NCBI GenBank assembly: GCA_905178155.1
Contig: CAJINV010000003.1
Location: 956,968-1,020,967 of the forward strand
Source of the DNA: Amoebophrya sp. A120
Lineage: Eukaryota; Protista; Dinoflagellata
Direction: 5' to 3'
DNA length: 64,000 nt
Positions 49,619-61,167 of this stretch are shown here, piece after piece. Numbering within the stretch: position 1 is the first letter of the stretch; each line of letters begins with the position of its first letter. Under the pieces are notes generated by a model, which searched no databases, was not told the DNA's origin, and saw only the letters and a list, made by a program, of their open reading frames with translations. The translations under genes were made by a program, and so were the position numbers.

Positions 49619-52498
49619 CTTCTTCTAGTATCTTGATTCCAATTATATCCAGCCTCGCTACGAGGAACAAGTCGCACACTCCTACAGCTTCAGGTAGCCA
49701 GCACTAGCCGAATGCGAAACGAAGCCACGGGATTTGTCTGCGTGTTCTCGTGCTGGTCGTACTTGTACTACATCGAATTCTACTGTTTCAGCTTGGTCAG
49801 GTGGTCTCCGGCGGAAAGAGACGCAGGCTCACTGTCCATCGATGAAGCAGCCAGGTCCAGGTTCTTTTCCTCGCCCGTCACGGATAGCAAAGCCAAAGAG
49901 ATACTGGTAGACTGAAGAAAGTAGCTTTGGCTTTCCTCCTCGACTCTCTCGACCTCAAGAAGAAAACTCAAACTGTGACGAGCGAAAAGTAGATGAAGAA
50001 TAGTTATAATTTCGCTAGCAAAAGCGCCAGCGCTTTCTCTCGTCCCTTGCAACGATTTGCTGGTGCTCCTTGTCCTTACCGTAGCTGCTGGTGAACAATG
50101 AAAACTAGTACAATCATCGTCCGTGGATTTTTACCTTCAAAGAAAGACCGGCCCTGCAAAACCTTCTCCGACTCGAAACCCAGAGCTGAACACGACGTTT
50201 TTCGAGTCATACAAGTAGTACAGAAGAGATACACAGCGCGCCCTTTTTTCGGCGCCTGTCCGGCCAACCTACTTGAAGAAATGTGCCGGGTACTTGAAGA
50301 AATGTAGGCTATACTTTTTTTTCATTTGACGTTGTTCGGGTAGCTTAATGCAGTTTGGCGAAGATTCATTCATCCGATGCTGTTGCGTAGATGCCATCTA
50401 CATGGGGAGAAGATAAGAAAGGATAGTACGAGCTGCTAAGCAAAAAAAATGCTCCGTCCGTGGCAGCTTAGCCGTTTTTATCAAGTGAGGTGCTGGACCC
50501 CTCGCCAACATAGGAGGTGTGGTGCTGTTTACTACAGTTTTTTTTCTCCTCCGCCCCGTGGCTTGCAGTGGCAGTCAAATCGCTTATGTATGTGTCTTCT
50601 GTAAAATCGAAAGCCCCGTCGAGAGGAGTAGAAAGAAGTTGAAGTTGTTGAGCAAACTTCACAGGTTGTAGTACTAGTATCCGCTTCATCTCGATGACTA
50701 CTAAAAAATAATGCACGAAATACGAAGCAGGTGCCAGCTCTATCCTGTGGGAAAAACGGAAGAAGTATCTTCGCAGTTCTCCTGCACCGGACAAGCTCCT
50801 CTGTGTGTGTGCCCGCGTCTCGGTACAGCTACTACCTTCTACTGGCGAAGTGTTTAGGTGCGCCAGCAGCTCGTAGTAAGTTAATAGCACTAGCGGTCCT
50901 TGGACTTAGAGTTTGACAACAAGAATGAGACGCAATACATAAGCTTTGTACAACTTCTGAAACTCAGAGCACTAACTGGTGGTGCTGTGCCAACTCTTAG
51001 TACTGCAGCTCGTCTACAGTTGTTATCTCCGCCGGAGCAAAAGAATCACCTGGGTTACGGATAAAAGCGTTCGTATGTGTTGACCATCTCGTCGGGTAGT
51101 GACTTCTCCACAGAACCACATAGTGGAGTGTGGAACTGTGAAAATATCGCAAATAGGCACGCAATTTGTTTAGTGCATGGCTGGAAGTTGGCTGCTGCAA
51201 TTGGTGTTTCTCCAGTGCGTTTGTGTAGTGCGTTTTTTTTGCGCTTTTGTAACATGTATTTTTTTGCGTTTTTGTAATATGTATTTATTTCTTATAGTTT
51301 TTCTAGCTAGTGTGCATTTTTTTTGTGTACTTGTTCTTGTTATATGCTATTTGAATGGATACTGAAACAGATGAGAGGTAGCGAATGCTCAAAAAGCTCA
51401 GAGGTGGTGCACGGGGGGCGTTGTACCAAGAAAGGCGCAACCGGTGAGGCGGCTGGCTCTTCCCATCTTCAGTGGCTGTCGTGCCTTATAGTGCGCACCG
51501 CTAAAATAGTGGCTATCAAAGTCATGGACTTGTTTGATAACTTGTTCAACACGCGGCAGTTTCTGGAAACCGCCACGACCTCGCGTTCATGCGTAGCTTG
51601 AGCTTGGCTTCCTCAGCCTTTTTCTAAATTACAGCTGCTCGAAGAGAGTTTTCTCCGTGTACTTGCGGTGAGCGAGGATGAAAGCGCGTAGAAAAAAAAG
51701 CCGAGATGTGAATTCTGCGGGCTCTTGTGACACAGCTTACTTTCCAATCGAGAGGTAGGCAATGTTCTAAAGGAAGAACATGACCCACTCTACAACGAAC
51801 TGCTAAGCTCGACCGTGTCACTGCTACTGTAGACGCAAAAATTGGGGACGCTTCTATGTCTTTTGTGGAGATTGGAAATTGGGACTATCAAGCATGTTGT
51901 AAGCGGTAGTGAGATGATACGGGACGTGCGTAAGTTTAAGTAGTGGCGTATCTATATGTAATGAGATCGCAGGCCTTGGCGTTATGATGATATTACTTAC
52001 CTTGGTAGAACAAGCTGGCTGTCGCAGTAGAACGCGCGGAACTTGAAAGGAAGAAAGAGAAACTGAAATTACGAACATGCACGCAATTAAACAACAACGA
52101 GAAACGATAAAAGTGCGCTTATGCTTTTGACTGTTATGCTAAGTAGGCGAAACGAGAAAAACCCTTGCGGGAAAAAAGTTAATCGACTATTTTTTTCAAG
52201 TTGTGGCATTTTGTTAAATCGAGCGTGGAACATTTTGTGTATGAAAACGGATTTAGCTTTTGATGAACATGAACAAGGAACAGGCAGCAAAAAAGTTGTA
52301 AAAATAAAATGTAAGGCACACACGTTGCAAGTCGAGATCAACAAAATTTCAAAGCGTGGCGTGCGGTTGTGACAGTAATATACTTCTCAGAAAAAGCGTA
52401 AAAATTGTAACTCCTAGTCCTTAAGCACCTCCGACGAAGCACGAGGCAACCCCTTCTCCTCCGGTGGTCCTCGCCACGTCGTGTTGGTGCGAAGTGGA

Positions 52499-54209
52499 TC
52501 ACGCCGGCACGACTGGCTCGAACGCCGGGACAGGGAATTCCACCTCGGACCAGGGCAAACGCAAACTGGGGGCCGCGTTCAGGTCGGCCGCTTCTTCCTC
52601 GACCGTTTGCTCCTCGAGGTCACGGTCCGTCGATACGTCCGATCCGTCCCCCTGCCCCGGGTCCTGAGCGGGGCTTCTGGAAAGGATGTGCAACAAGGCC
52701 TTGATTTCGCCCGCCGCGACCGTCGCCATGGGGGCGAACATGGCAAGCACCTCCCAAGGTGGTCCACGGTCATGTTTTTTGTCTACTTGTTGGTCTTGCG
52801 CGCCCTTTCCCGGGGTAGTTAATGTGGTAACAATGAAATCCTCATCCGCCGCCCCGGTGGATAAGCCGCGACAGGCGGGCGCGGGGGCGGGGAGAAATAA
52901 CCTCCATGAACTGGCTCGGAACCCGCATCGGCATCGTCTGGGTGAGCCCGATCGACCCCGGGTAGACACACAACGAACAGCAACACGCCAACGCCATTGG
53001 TGTTTGCGATTTTGTAAAAATAATACGCAGGACATTGCAAAGCGCACTATCGTCGGACTTGGTCGAGAGTAGAGGTACACGGAGATAAATGATAGCTAGT
53101 TTTTGCAGTTGCAGCATAGCAAATTCTGAGTGTCTGCGGATACCGTCTGTTTTCAGCATGAGAAAAATGTTTTCCGCGTTTCTTTGTGTTTACAAATACA
53201 AACCCCGCGAGGCTTTTGCGTACTATGCTCTGCAAGTCGTTAGGTTCGTTTTCAGATTTTTCGCCGTGCATGACAAACACCATTCGGGCAATTTTGTTTA
53301 GCTTTCCGAGCGATTGTTCGATCCGAGTGCATGGCATTTCCAAATGTCCAACATATCACTTCAAAAGAACCACAAATCCAGCTGGCACGGCGTGTGTCCG
53401 TACCGAGTCAATCCGAGCCATCCAGACGAGGGTGGTGCTGAGCGGCAAGCTCATAGATGCTACTTCATCGGTCGCGGTAGTACGGCCTGCCAGGGGATAG
53501 TCCTCCGGGGGGGTACTTCCTTAGTTATCCAACGGGGGAGCGGACAAGGATTTCGTTTTCATATCTTGACCCGGGTCTTCTTTTTGTGTGAAGTTTCCTG
53601 TGATAGTCGTGAGCAACAATTTTGGAAACTTTCAAGAGGTTACGATCCTCAAACGTAGCGGGGTGTTACCAATTGAAAATTCCAGCACTGCGCGTATATT
53701 GGGTTAATCTGTCATCGTGCAAACGAAAATCCATCAGGAATGCAGCATCGGTCTTCTTCTTTCCTTCATCGTGTTTGCGTTCTCATCATGTAGTTGCTTG
53801 CTTCTAGGTTTTGTGCGTACGATGCTATTGCGCTACAACGAGATGCGTACTACGATGGTCCGAGTAAAGTTGTTCTGTACGAATACTTTTACTCTTGCAT
53901 TCAAACAGAAATCAGATGAACGTCAATACCGGTGCTCATCTGGTCCACCTGCGTCTGCGTCTTCCGGATCTTCTTGTTCTTGTCCACCTGCATCAGCGAC
54001 GTTGATTTCGCCACCTTCTGCGCAGGAGTGCCCGCCTTCGCGCGAGCCCGCGACCACTTGTTCGCCTCCTGCGTGGCCTTGCCAGTGACTTCATTCCCTT
54101 CCCACACGTGCGTGCCGGTGGGCTTCTTCTGCAGCGCCACAACACGCCCCCCCCCCCCCCCGAGGAGGCAGGTCGTGGCGGCGATGGCCAGCAACTTACT
54201 TTTCGGCAT
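52499..54209 (-). CDS. Hypothetical multi-exon protein(s); exon structure unresolved
   Basis: Signal-peptide-like start MPKSKLLAIAATTCLL, GT donor near 53928, GC3-rich terminal exon 52499-~52765. Confidence 0.4.
53048..53355. mobile_element. Degenerate introner-like element
   Basis: Ends tatcgtcggacttgg / tatgttggacatttgg, partial duplication cac(t), internal gcatgacaaa and gcatgagaaa motifs. Confidence 0.5.
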
Positions 54210-55267
54210 GATTTGACGTGTACTTGCGCGACAGTTTGAAGCTGTCTAGCGGACTACTCGCGAGGAGAAAGCAAGTTTTTATGTCCGAAGCGACAGCGAA
54301 GTAGTGTTCAAAAAACGGGGAAGAACTGTTCTAGTCAGTTAAAGATTACACGGAAATTCCAGATGGTGCCACAAGCCAACGAAGTGAATTTTACCAGGAG
54401 CAAGGAGGAAGCTTACATCCGCTTGCAACGCAGTCTACCAGTTGCAGTTCCGCCTCGTTCGACGAAATGCACGATAATCAAATATCGAGGCGGGACGAAG
54501 TGGCACGATGAAGATCCCTAGGCTTTTTGAGTCCAACTCCAACCCAAGAACGTGCTTCATCATAGTATTTGTCAGGGACAAAACTCACTTACCAGCCGGA
54601 TGCTGACGATTACGAATTGCTCTACGTGCGTGGAGATTTTCTTCCAGAGCAGACAGATCCATACGATTGCGATTAATACGAGGAAGACGGGAATTTCTAA
54701 ACGAGCAGTACGAGAGGGAGAGTCGGAGTCCTCATACGGTATAATAATTTTCGTTTCCACCAATGAACGAAGTTCACAAAGTCACGAGTGAAGGTCAGAG
54801 GGTTCTCAGCTGCCGGTCAGTTGTACGACTACATTTAACATTTGCAGTGCCTCGGACGAAGGGTAAGGATGCTGACGAACGAAATGACATCTACCGCAAA
54901 GGCCATTTTATTTGCAGGCTGTAATCGATAGAATGCAGGGGGGTCTGTTTCACGACAAACCCAATCAGGTTAGCGTTGGAGCGCTTCTATAATGTTTTAT
55001 TTCATGTTGAAAAACGCGCTATGGGCTTTAGATAGAAATGGCCGGCTGTTTCTGCCGGATAACGGCAAGATGAAAGGAGCTGCCACGTTTAGAGCCGTAG
55101 CCGTTTGGTCTTGGTGACCTCATTACATACAACTGATCGTTAGATCTGCCGCAGGTGGTTCGACAAAGTTTGTCGGAACTGACGGCGCTACTCCGACAAA
55201 ATCTGTCGGAAATCGAGGGAGCTTGATCCTAGCGCGAGGCGACAATCTTCAGTACCTGGACGCAGCG

Positions 55268-58031
55268 CTAGTACATCGAGTTGTATTTCAGTTTGTCCGG
55301 TTGGTATCCCGGCAGCGTCTGCACCGCCGCGGCAATGCTTTCCCGGCCGACAAATTTGCTGCAGACGAAGAACATCTCCCGCGACTCGTCGCGGCTCGCG
55401 GGCGGTTTGAAGGAGTGCACCGTTTTGAAGCGCGAGCGCAGGTACATTTTGAAGTTGGTGGTTTCCGGGCCGTACATCATTTTCACCACGAAGCTGCCGT
55501 CCAGCCGCTATCCTATGTAAAAACGTCCTCGCCCCATAGTCAAGATGGGGAATCGGCTAGACAAATCCACAAGTTTTGGCTGTCTTGCATGACAAATTGC
55601 GATTCGTAGTGTAGTGCTGTTTGAGCTAGCTCAGCAGCATCACAGATCTAGCGCCTCATGCGGATTGGAGCATGACAAATTGCAAAACACGAATAGCAAA
55701 CGCTTCTCATGGGGCTCCGCATGAGAAACATTTTCAGCATGCAGATTTGCATTGCAACTATGGGGTGGGGACGTTTTCAAATACGATAGCCGCAGCACGC
55801 GCTCCATCATTTCGCCCGCCGCGAGGCAGAGCTCCGCGGATATCCTAAGTAAAAACGTCCCCACCCCAGAGTTGTAATGCAAATGCGCAATGACAGGAAC
55901 ATTTGTAATGCGCATCCCCATGAGAGGCATTTCCAATCGTGATTTGGCATTTGTAATGCTGTAAACAGGATGAGAAACTGGCTTTCTTATGCGGCTCTCC
56001 TTGCTAAGCACCACTATACTACAGACGGAAACTTATCATGCACAACTCCCAAAGCTTGGCGATTTGTGTTGCAGATTTACCAACTTGACTATGGGGTGGG
56101 GACGTTTTTGCTCAGGATAGCGGAATCCAGGTGGTCGTCCTGCTTCACGCCGGTGAGGCTGGGACACATGTCGGACAGCACCACGTCCACCTTCTCGCCG
56201 TTGGTGGCCCGCAGGATCTTCTCCAGCGTGTATCCTGTGCAAAAGTATCGTACTCGTTTTGCAATCATGAATCACAAATCTTTTTCTGAGCCTGAAGGTA
56301 AATCAGCATCACAGATCTTCATCTTATTTCTCATGCTGAGGAAATTTGTAATGCATTTATACGAGTACGATACTTTTGCAATTCATAGCGTGTCCGCTTT
56401 CGTGACGTCGCCCTGGATAAAGACGTGCCCCTGGTTATGCACAGAAAAAAGTGTCACAGTTACACATTGCGTTGCAAGACCAGCAAGACAGACGACTTCT
56501 GTCATGCGCAAAATGTTTGCGAGTGTCGTTTCGTGTGTGTTTTGCTTTATGATCTCTCCATCACAAGTTTTCTCCGTCATGCGAGGCAAATTGAAATTTG
56601 TGATGCTGAATTCGCTACAAATGTGTAAAAATTGTATACACTTTTTTCCTTGGATACTGGTCGTCCAAGGGATCGATGTGCAGCAAGTCCTATCGTAAGG
56701 AAAAATCCCCCCTCCCCATATCGAAACGGAATGTTTCCGAAAATTTGTGTTGCTGATTTGAGCCTTAATTCCACCTGATATCCGTAGGCCTCGTTGGGGG
56801 TCCCTCACCCCCAACACGCCGAACTTCCTCCTTCCACACGCAGCGTCGGAGGGGTCGCACGTAGCCCTGGAGGTGATAACGAGGGTGTTGCTGATTTGAG
56901 GCCACAAATCGCATTTGTCTTGCAATAAGACAAGGGTAGAAGCTTCCGCCCCATTAGGGAGGCGATTTGTCATGCTGTTGGCCCTAAAAGTGGCCCGCTT
57001 GCCATGCTGAAGAACTAGACCCATACGCCCCTGCCTAGCCTGGGGATCTGGCCGCAGTGCCTCTCTGCAATACAAACCTGATTTGTGTACACACATCCAG
57101 CATCAGAAATTCCGTTTTGATATGGGGAGGGGGGATTTTTCCTTTCGATAAGTCCACGCCAATCACCTGGGCGTGCCTCCGCGCCTCTTCGTCGGCGTCG
57201 TCCGCCAGCACCGTGCGCTCCAGCGCCACCTGCGACCAGCCCCCCGCGTAGCAGCCCAGGTCCAGGATCTTCTGGCCCTTCCGGAAGATGCCAAACCGCG
57301 AGTCGATCTGCTTCAGCTTGTAGGCCGCGCGCGTGAGGTATGGGGTTCTCAAACGTTACACTCTCAACTGTTACATGATGAATTTGTCAAGCAAAAGCAC
57401 CATCATCATTCACGCGATCAGGCTGCTTCGCATGACAAATTTGCCTAGGGCTAAATAGCACCTAAATGTGTGCAGAATTTGTAATGCTACAGGCGCAATC
57501 TCCCCCCTTTCACTTTTCCCATTCTTGCATCACAAATCCATGTAAGAGTTGAGAATGTAACAGTTGAGAACGCCATATCCGGTAGCTCTCGTTTTGGGCA
57601 CGCTTCACGTACCGGTCCGCCATCTGTCGCTGGACCCACTGGTGCACGTTGGAGGAAATGGACGAATTCTTTGACCTTCCGCTCAATTTCCCAAACCCGC
57701 GGTGACTCTGGGCGACGTGGGGCGGAGGTCGTTCTTGTGGTTGCCGCGAGTGATCGACGATGAAGAGTGGCTGAAAACAGATCCGTCGTGGTGTAGTAGT
57801 CGGGCGGCAATTTGGTGACGTTGACAAGTGCCTGGGTGTTCTTGTAGATGTAGTGGTCGTGTGTCTCATCATGATGTTGTGGCGGGCACCGGAACATAAG
57901 GTGGCAACAGCTGGAGCCACGCCATTCGTGCATGGTAACGGTGTCGTCCCGAATGGGGTCGCTGTGCAGTAGAGCTGGGAAACACAGCTCGTGGCCGCCC
58001 TACTCGTCGATGTTCCTGCAGCATGTGTCAT
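55268..58031 (-). CDS. MRM2: rRNA large-subunit 2'-O-methyltransferase, RlmE/FtsJ family, MRM2-like; exons 58031-57578, 57333-57151, 56685-56657, 56430-56388, 56225-56120, 55835-55789, 55503-55268 (365 aa)
   Basis: Reconstructed QWVQRQMADRYVKRAQNESYRTRAAYKLKQID, ILDLGCYAGGWSQVA, IGVDLLHIDPL, FIQGDVT, VDVVLSDMCP, GSFVVKMMYG, KPPASRDESREMFFVC (K-D-K-E tetrad); exon sum 1098 nt; start codon tentative. Confidence 0.9.
55509..55788. mobile_element. Introner family D (280 bp) in MRM2
   Basis: TIR tatc.tat...aaaacgtcc.c.ccccatagt; TSD gccgc. Confidence 0.92.
55841..56119. mobile_element. Introner family D (279 bp) in MRM2
   Basis: TIR tatcct.ag.aaaaacgtccccacccca; TSD gcgga. Confidence 0.93.
56231..56387. 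mobile_element. Introner family C (157 bp) in MRM2
   Basis: TIR tat....tgcaaaagtatcgtactcgt; TSD gcgtg. Confidence 0.93.
56436..56656. mobile_element. Introner family F (221 bp) in MRM2
   Basis: TIR tat.ca..gaaaaaagtgt..aca..ttacacatt; TSD ctggt. Confidence 0.92.
56691..57150. mobile_element. Introner family G (460 bp) in MRM2
   Basis: ~41-bp TIR tatcg(t/a)aaggaaaaatcccccctccccatatc(g/a)aaacggaa; TSD agtcc. Confidence 0.93.
57339..57577. mobile_element. Introner family A (239 bp) in MRM2
   Basis: ~55-bp TIR tatgg(g/c)gttctcaa..gttaca.tctcaact.ttacatg; degenerate TSD tgagg/tccgg. Confidence 0.9.
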
Positions 58032-59933
58032 TTCTCCGTCCACGAAGGCTACGGCAAGCACTGGATAAAGAAGAATCCGCAGCTACACTGGAAAGACGTT
58101 TTGCGAACTTCGATTTCGGTGTATGCTCGAAAAGGTGGAAAATTTACATTTGCATTCTGTTTCACTTTTACACACACAGTTGGAACGTAAAAATAATCTC
58201 AGAAAAGCAGCGGATCTCCTTGGATACTGGGTACTTCTTCAAGATACAATGTGGAGCAAGCTTCTTCGGCACTACAAAGATACTGAGACTGCACCTCCGA
58301 CGACGATGAAATACGATAAAATGTACACAACGACAACAGGCACGATAACTACTAGTTCTAGTAGGAGCTAGGAGACTTGTAGAACCATACCAGTTACTTA
58401 TACTTACATAGCAGGAGCATTTTGTTGCGCGGCGTACGGGCTCCGCTTTCGGCGTGCATCTTGCGAATGCGCAGACGATCGGTCGCGCCTAAAATGTGTA
58501 GAGCATGCACCACAATGCATCGAACATCCCAGCAATATGGAAGCTTTCAGGCTCCGCAGCGCCGAACAAAGATTTATGTTGGAATCATTTTCATTCAAGT
58601 AGAAAATTGCTCGGAATTGTTTCGCCATTTTTCCGTGTGGGTGTGTTTAGACAAAAGACAGGCGTACTATTTCGTAAAAGAGTTTCGGTTTCCTTGTTCT
58701 TCATCTGACCGCTGATCTCGATGGAGCCTCGTGTGCTCTAGAAGCACTCCCCGTCGATCACTTGTTGGAGTCAGTCCCCGGAGTACTGCTCCCCGCGCGG
58801 CGACCCAGGAGTACTGCTATCCGCGTAGAAGCAGGCCCCACTCGTAGCCGTGGTTGCTGTGGAGTCGTACAGTGGTCCGCCCAACGACACGGTTAAAAAA
58901 ATTGGAGAACGGTCGAGATCAGTATCAACCCCAAACACGTTGGTGTCATATTAGAACCAAAGGAATATATAAGTACAGTACGCACCGTTTTTAGTCAACA
59001 TGTCTGAGTCTGTGGTACGATGGTCTACAACTTGTCCGAAGGCTCAACCGGCAGTCTCTGTCTCTACTTCACAAATTATAAAAGAGCCCGTGTGTAGTAT
59101 TTGCCTTTGTCCAAATATGACCCAGCGCTTTTGCTCTTCTTCGGTAATCGAGCGGGATTGGTAATGTTAACGGAGTCTCGATTTCCAGTGTGTCGGCGGG
59201 TAGGGGTAGCGGAAGAAACAGCTTCTCCTCCTTCATGTTGGGAACCGGTGCCGGTTGTTCGTAGTGCTGCTCCTGTATGAATGTGTATGATTTGTCTCTG
59301 TCTCTCTCTCCCTCTTCTCAACGAGGGCAGGGCACAGCGCCCGGGCGCTGAATTACAGCAAGCATCAAGCTCAAGAACTGTGACTGCCAGCGATGGAAGT
59401 TAGCCGCAAACGCAATAAAGATAAAAGATAAAAAAAAAAATAAAAAGTGGAAGACGACAATAAACCGCCTGTACAGTCGTAGAATTTTTCTCCTCGTGCG
59501 CACAACGCGACACTACGTGGACCGCAGCTCGTTGCGAGATTCTGCAATTTTGTGATATGCGCAACCACGTGTCTGGTCCTGGGCTGCCCCGACGCGGCCT
59601 TCTCTTGCCTGGCATTCTTGTTTCTGGTCTCGACGTCGACGGCGGGGAAAGTGGGGCGAAATGGATACAACCAGCGCCGCGAGGTTCTGGTTGAGTCCGT
59701 GTCCGACGAACAAAAAAAAATTTAGTTGGAACGCGCGACAAGACGGAAGGAGCGAGAGGAACAACAACTTGTTCAACTCGTCCTGCAAGAGTGCTGTCCC
59801 AACACGACGGCGCGAGTGAAATATACAAATACAGTACAACCTTTGGCGACCAAACAGAAAAAGAAAAACCAGAAAGATTTAGCCAAAAACAACAGAAGAA
59901 CGCGACAAACGAACCCGGAACGCTTAGTAGACT

Positions 59934-59995
59934 TCTTGGAAGACCTACACCTAAATGGGAGTACTCTTGGAAGACCTACACCTAAATGGGAGTAC
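59934..59995. repeat. Tandem duplication 31 bp x2
   Basis: tcttggaagacctacacctaaatgggagtac twice. Confidence 0.9.
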
Positions 59996-61167
59996 CAGTA
60001 GGTACGGTAGGATATTCACCTCGCTCCAGCTATGATTTTTTTGAATAAAATACTGGTTTGACGAGCACGATGCACGAGTAACTGGAAAAAATCAACAGAA
60101 TGATAAAACAGACGATGCAGTTGGATCTTCACGGATAGTCACACAAGACAAGAAATCAGGACGGATACATCACGACAACGACGACGGGTAAAGGCTCTCT
60201 TCTTGTTATCAGAAAGGAAACAACAGTGAAAAAGGATCGCAATACAACCGCCTTGGTGAAGATACGCGTATGGCGGAACAAACGTAGTTGTAGAAAAGAA
60301 ACAGACAAAGAGGACGAAAAGCAAGAACAACTCTTGGCTGGATCAATTACGACAACCATCGCGTTTTTGGCCCGCGAACTGCTAAACGAGGCCTTTCCTT
60401 TGCATCGCTCATTCGTCACTCGGAAAACACGCAAATGCAATACAACCAATACCAAGAAAACTAGACATCATTCAGAACACATCTAAAAGACTCAACCATG
60501 ACTCATGGTCGATGAAAAGTGCCTGCGGATCATCCAGGAGTAATAGTGAGGTGGCTATCGAAGATGAAACCGTTGAATTGCACATGATTCCTCTGTCCTC
60601 CTCGGGCAAGCTTTCATCCCCATACTCACATCTTCAATCTTTGCATGAATTATGCGAAGCCATCCTATATTTTATGAATCAAAAATTTTTACACATTGGA
60701 GTCGCCTCACAACTGAAGAAAATCATACTGATAATGATATTTTCCAGAAGAGTAGGACGAATCTCATGAATGTCAAAGTCAATGCTTGCATTGTCATTTC
60801 CAATAAATTTTACAACGTGGTTGTTTCACACGATTTCTTTACATATCTATGCAACAGGTGGTCTTCTCGTAATTTGTAAAAAAACTCAGGATGCGTTTGT
60901 ACCAAGACCAAACGCAAACCTGCTACAAAAGGTATGCAACATTTCAGTTTCACGTGCACGTGATTTGTGCTAAGCGGTATTGGCTGCTAATAATGTGATC
61001 TTCTCGAGCTGTTCACCGATTTTATATGTTGTCCTTCTTGCATTATACACGTTTATCATGATTCCGTCACGAAAACCAGTACCACCGATGTCAGAATTCT
61101 CAATTTTCAAAGATGTTGACGCCCAGAAGCAGATGAAAAAGAGCACCCTCATCTCGACGTCCTCGCT

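Noticed and set aside
55094-55114. ccgtagccgtttgg resembling the dinoflagellate spliced leader
   Set aside because: Only a short partial match, on the strand opposite the local genes and not upstream of a start codon.
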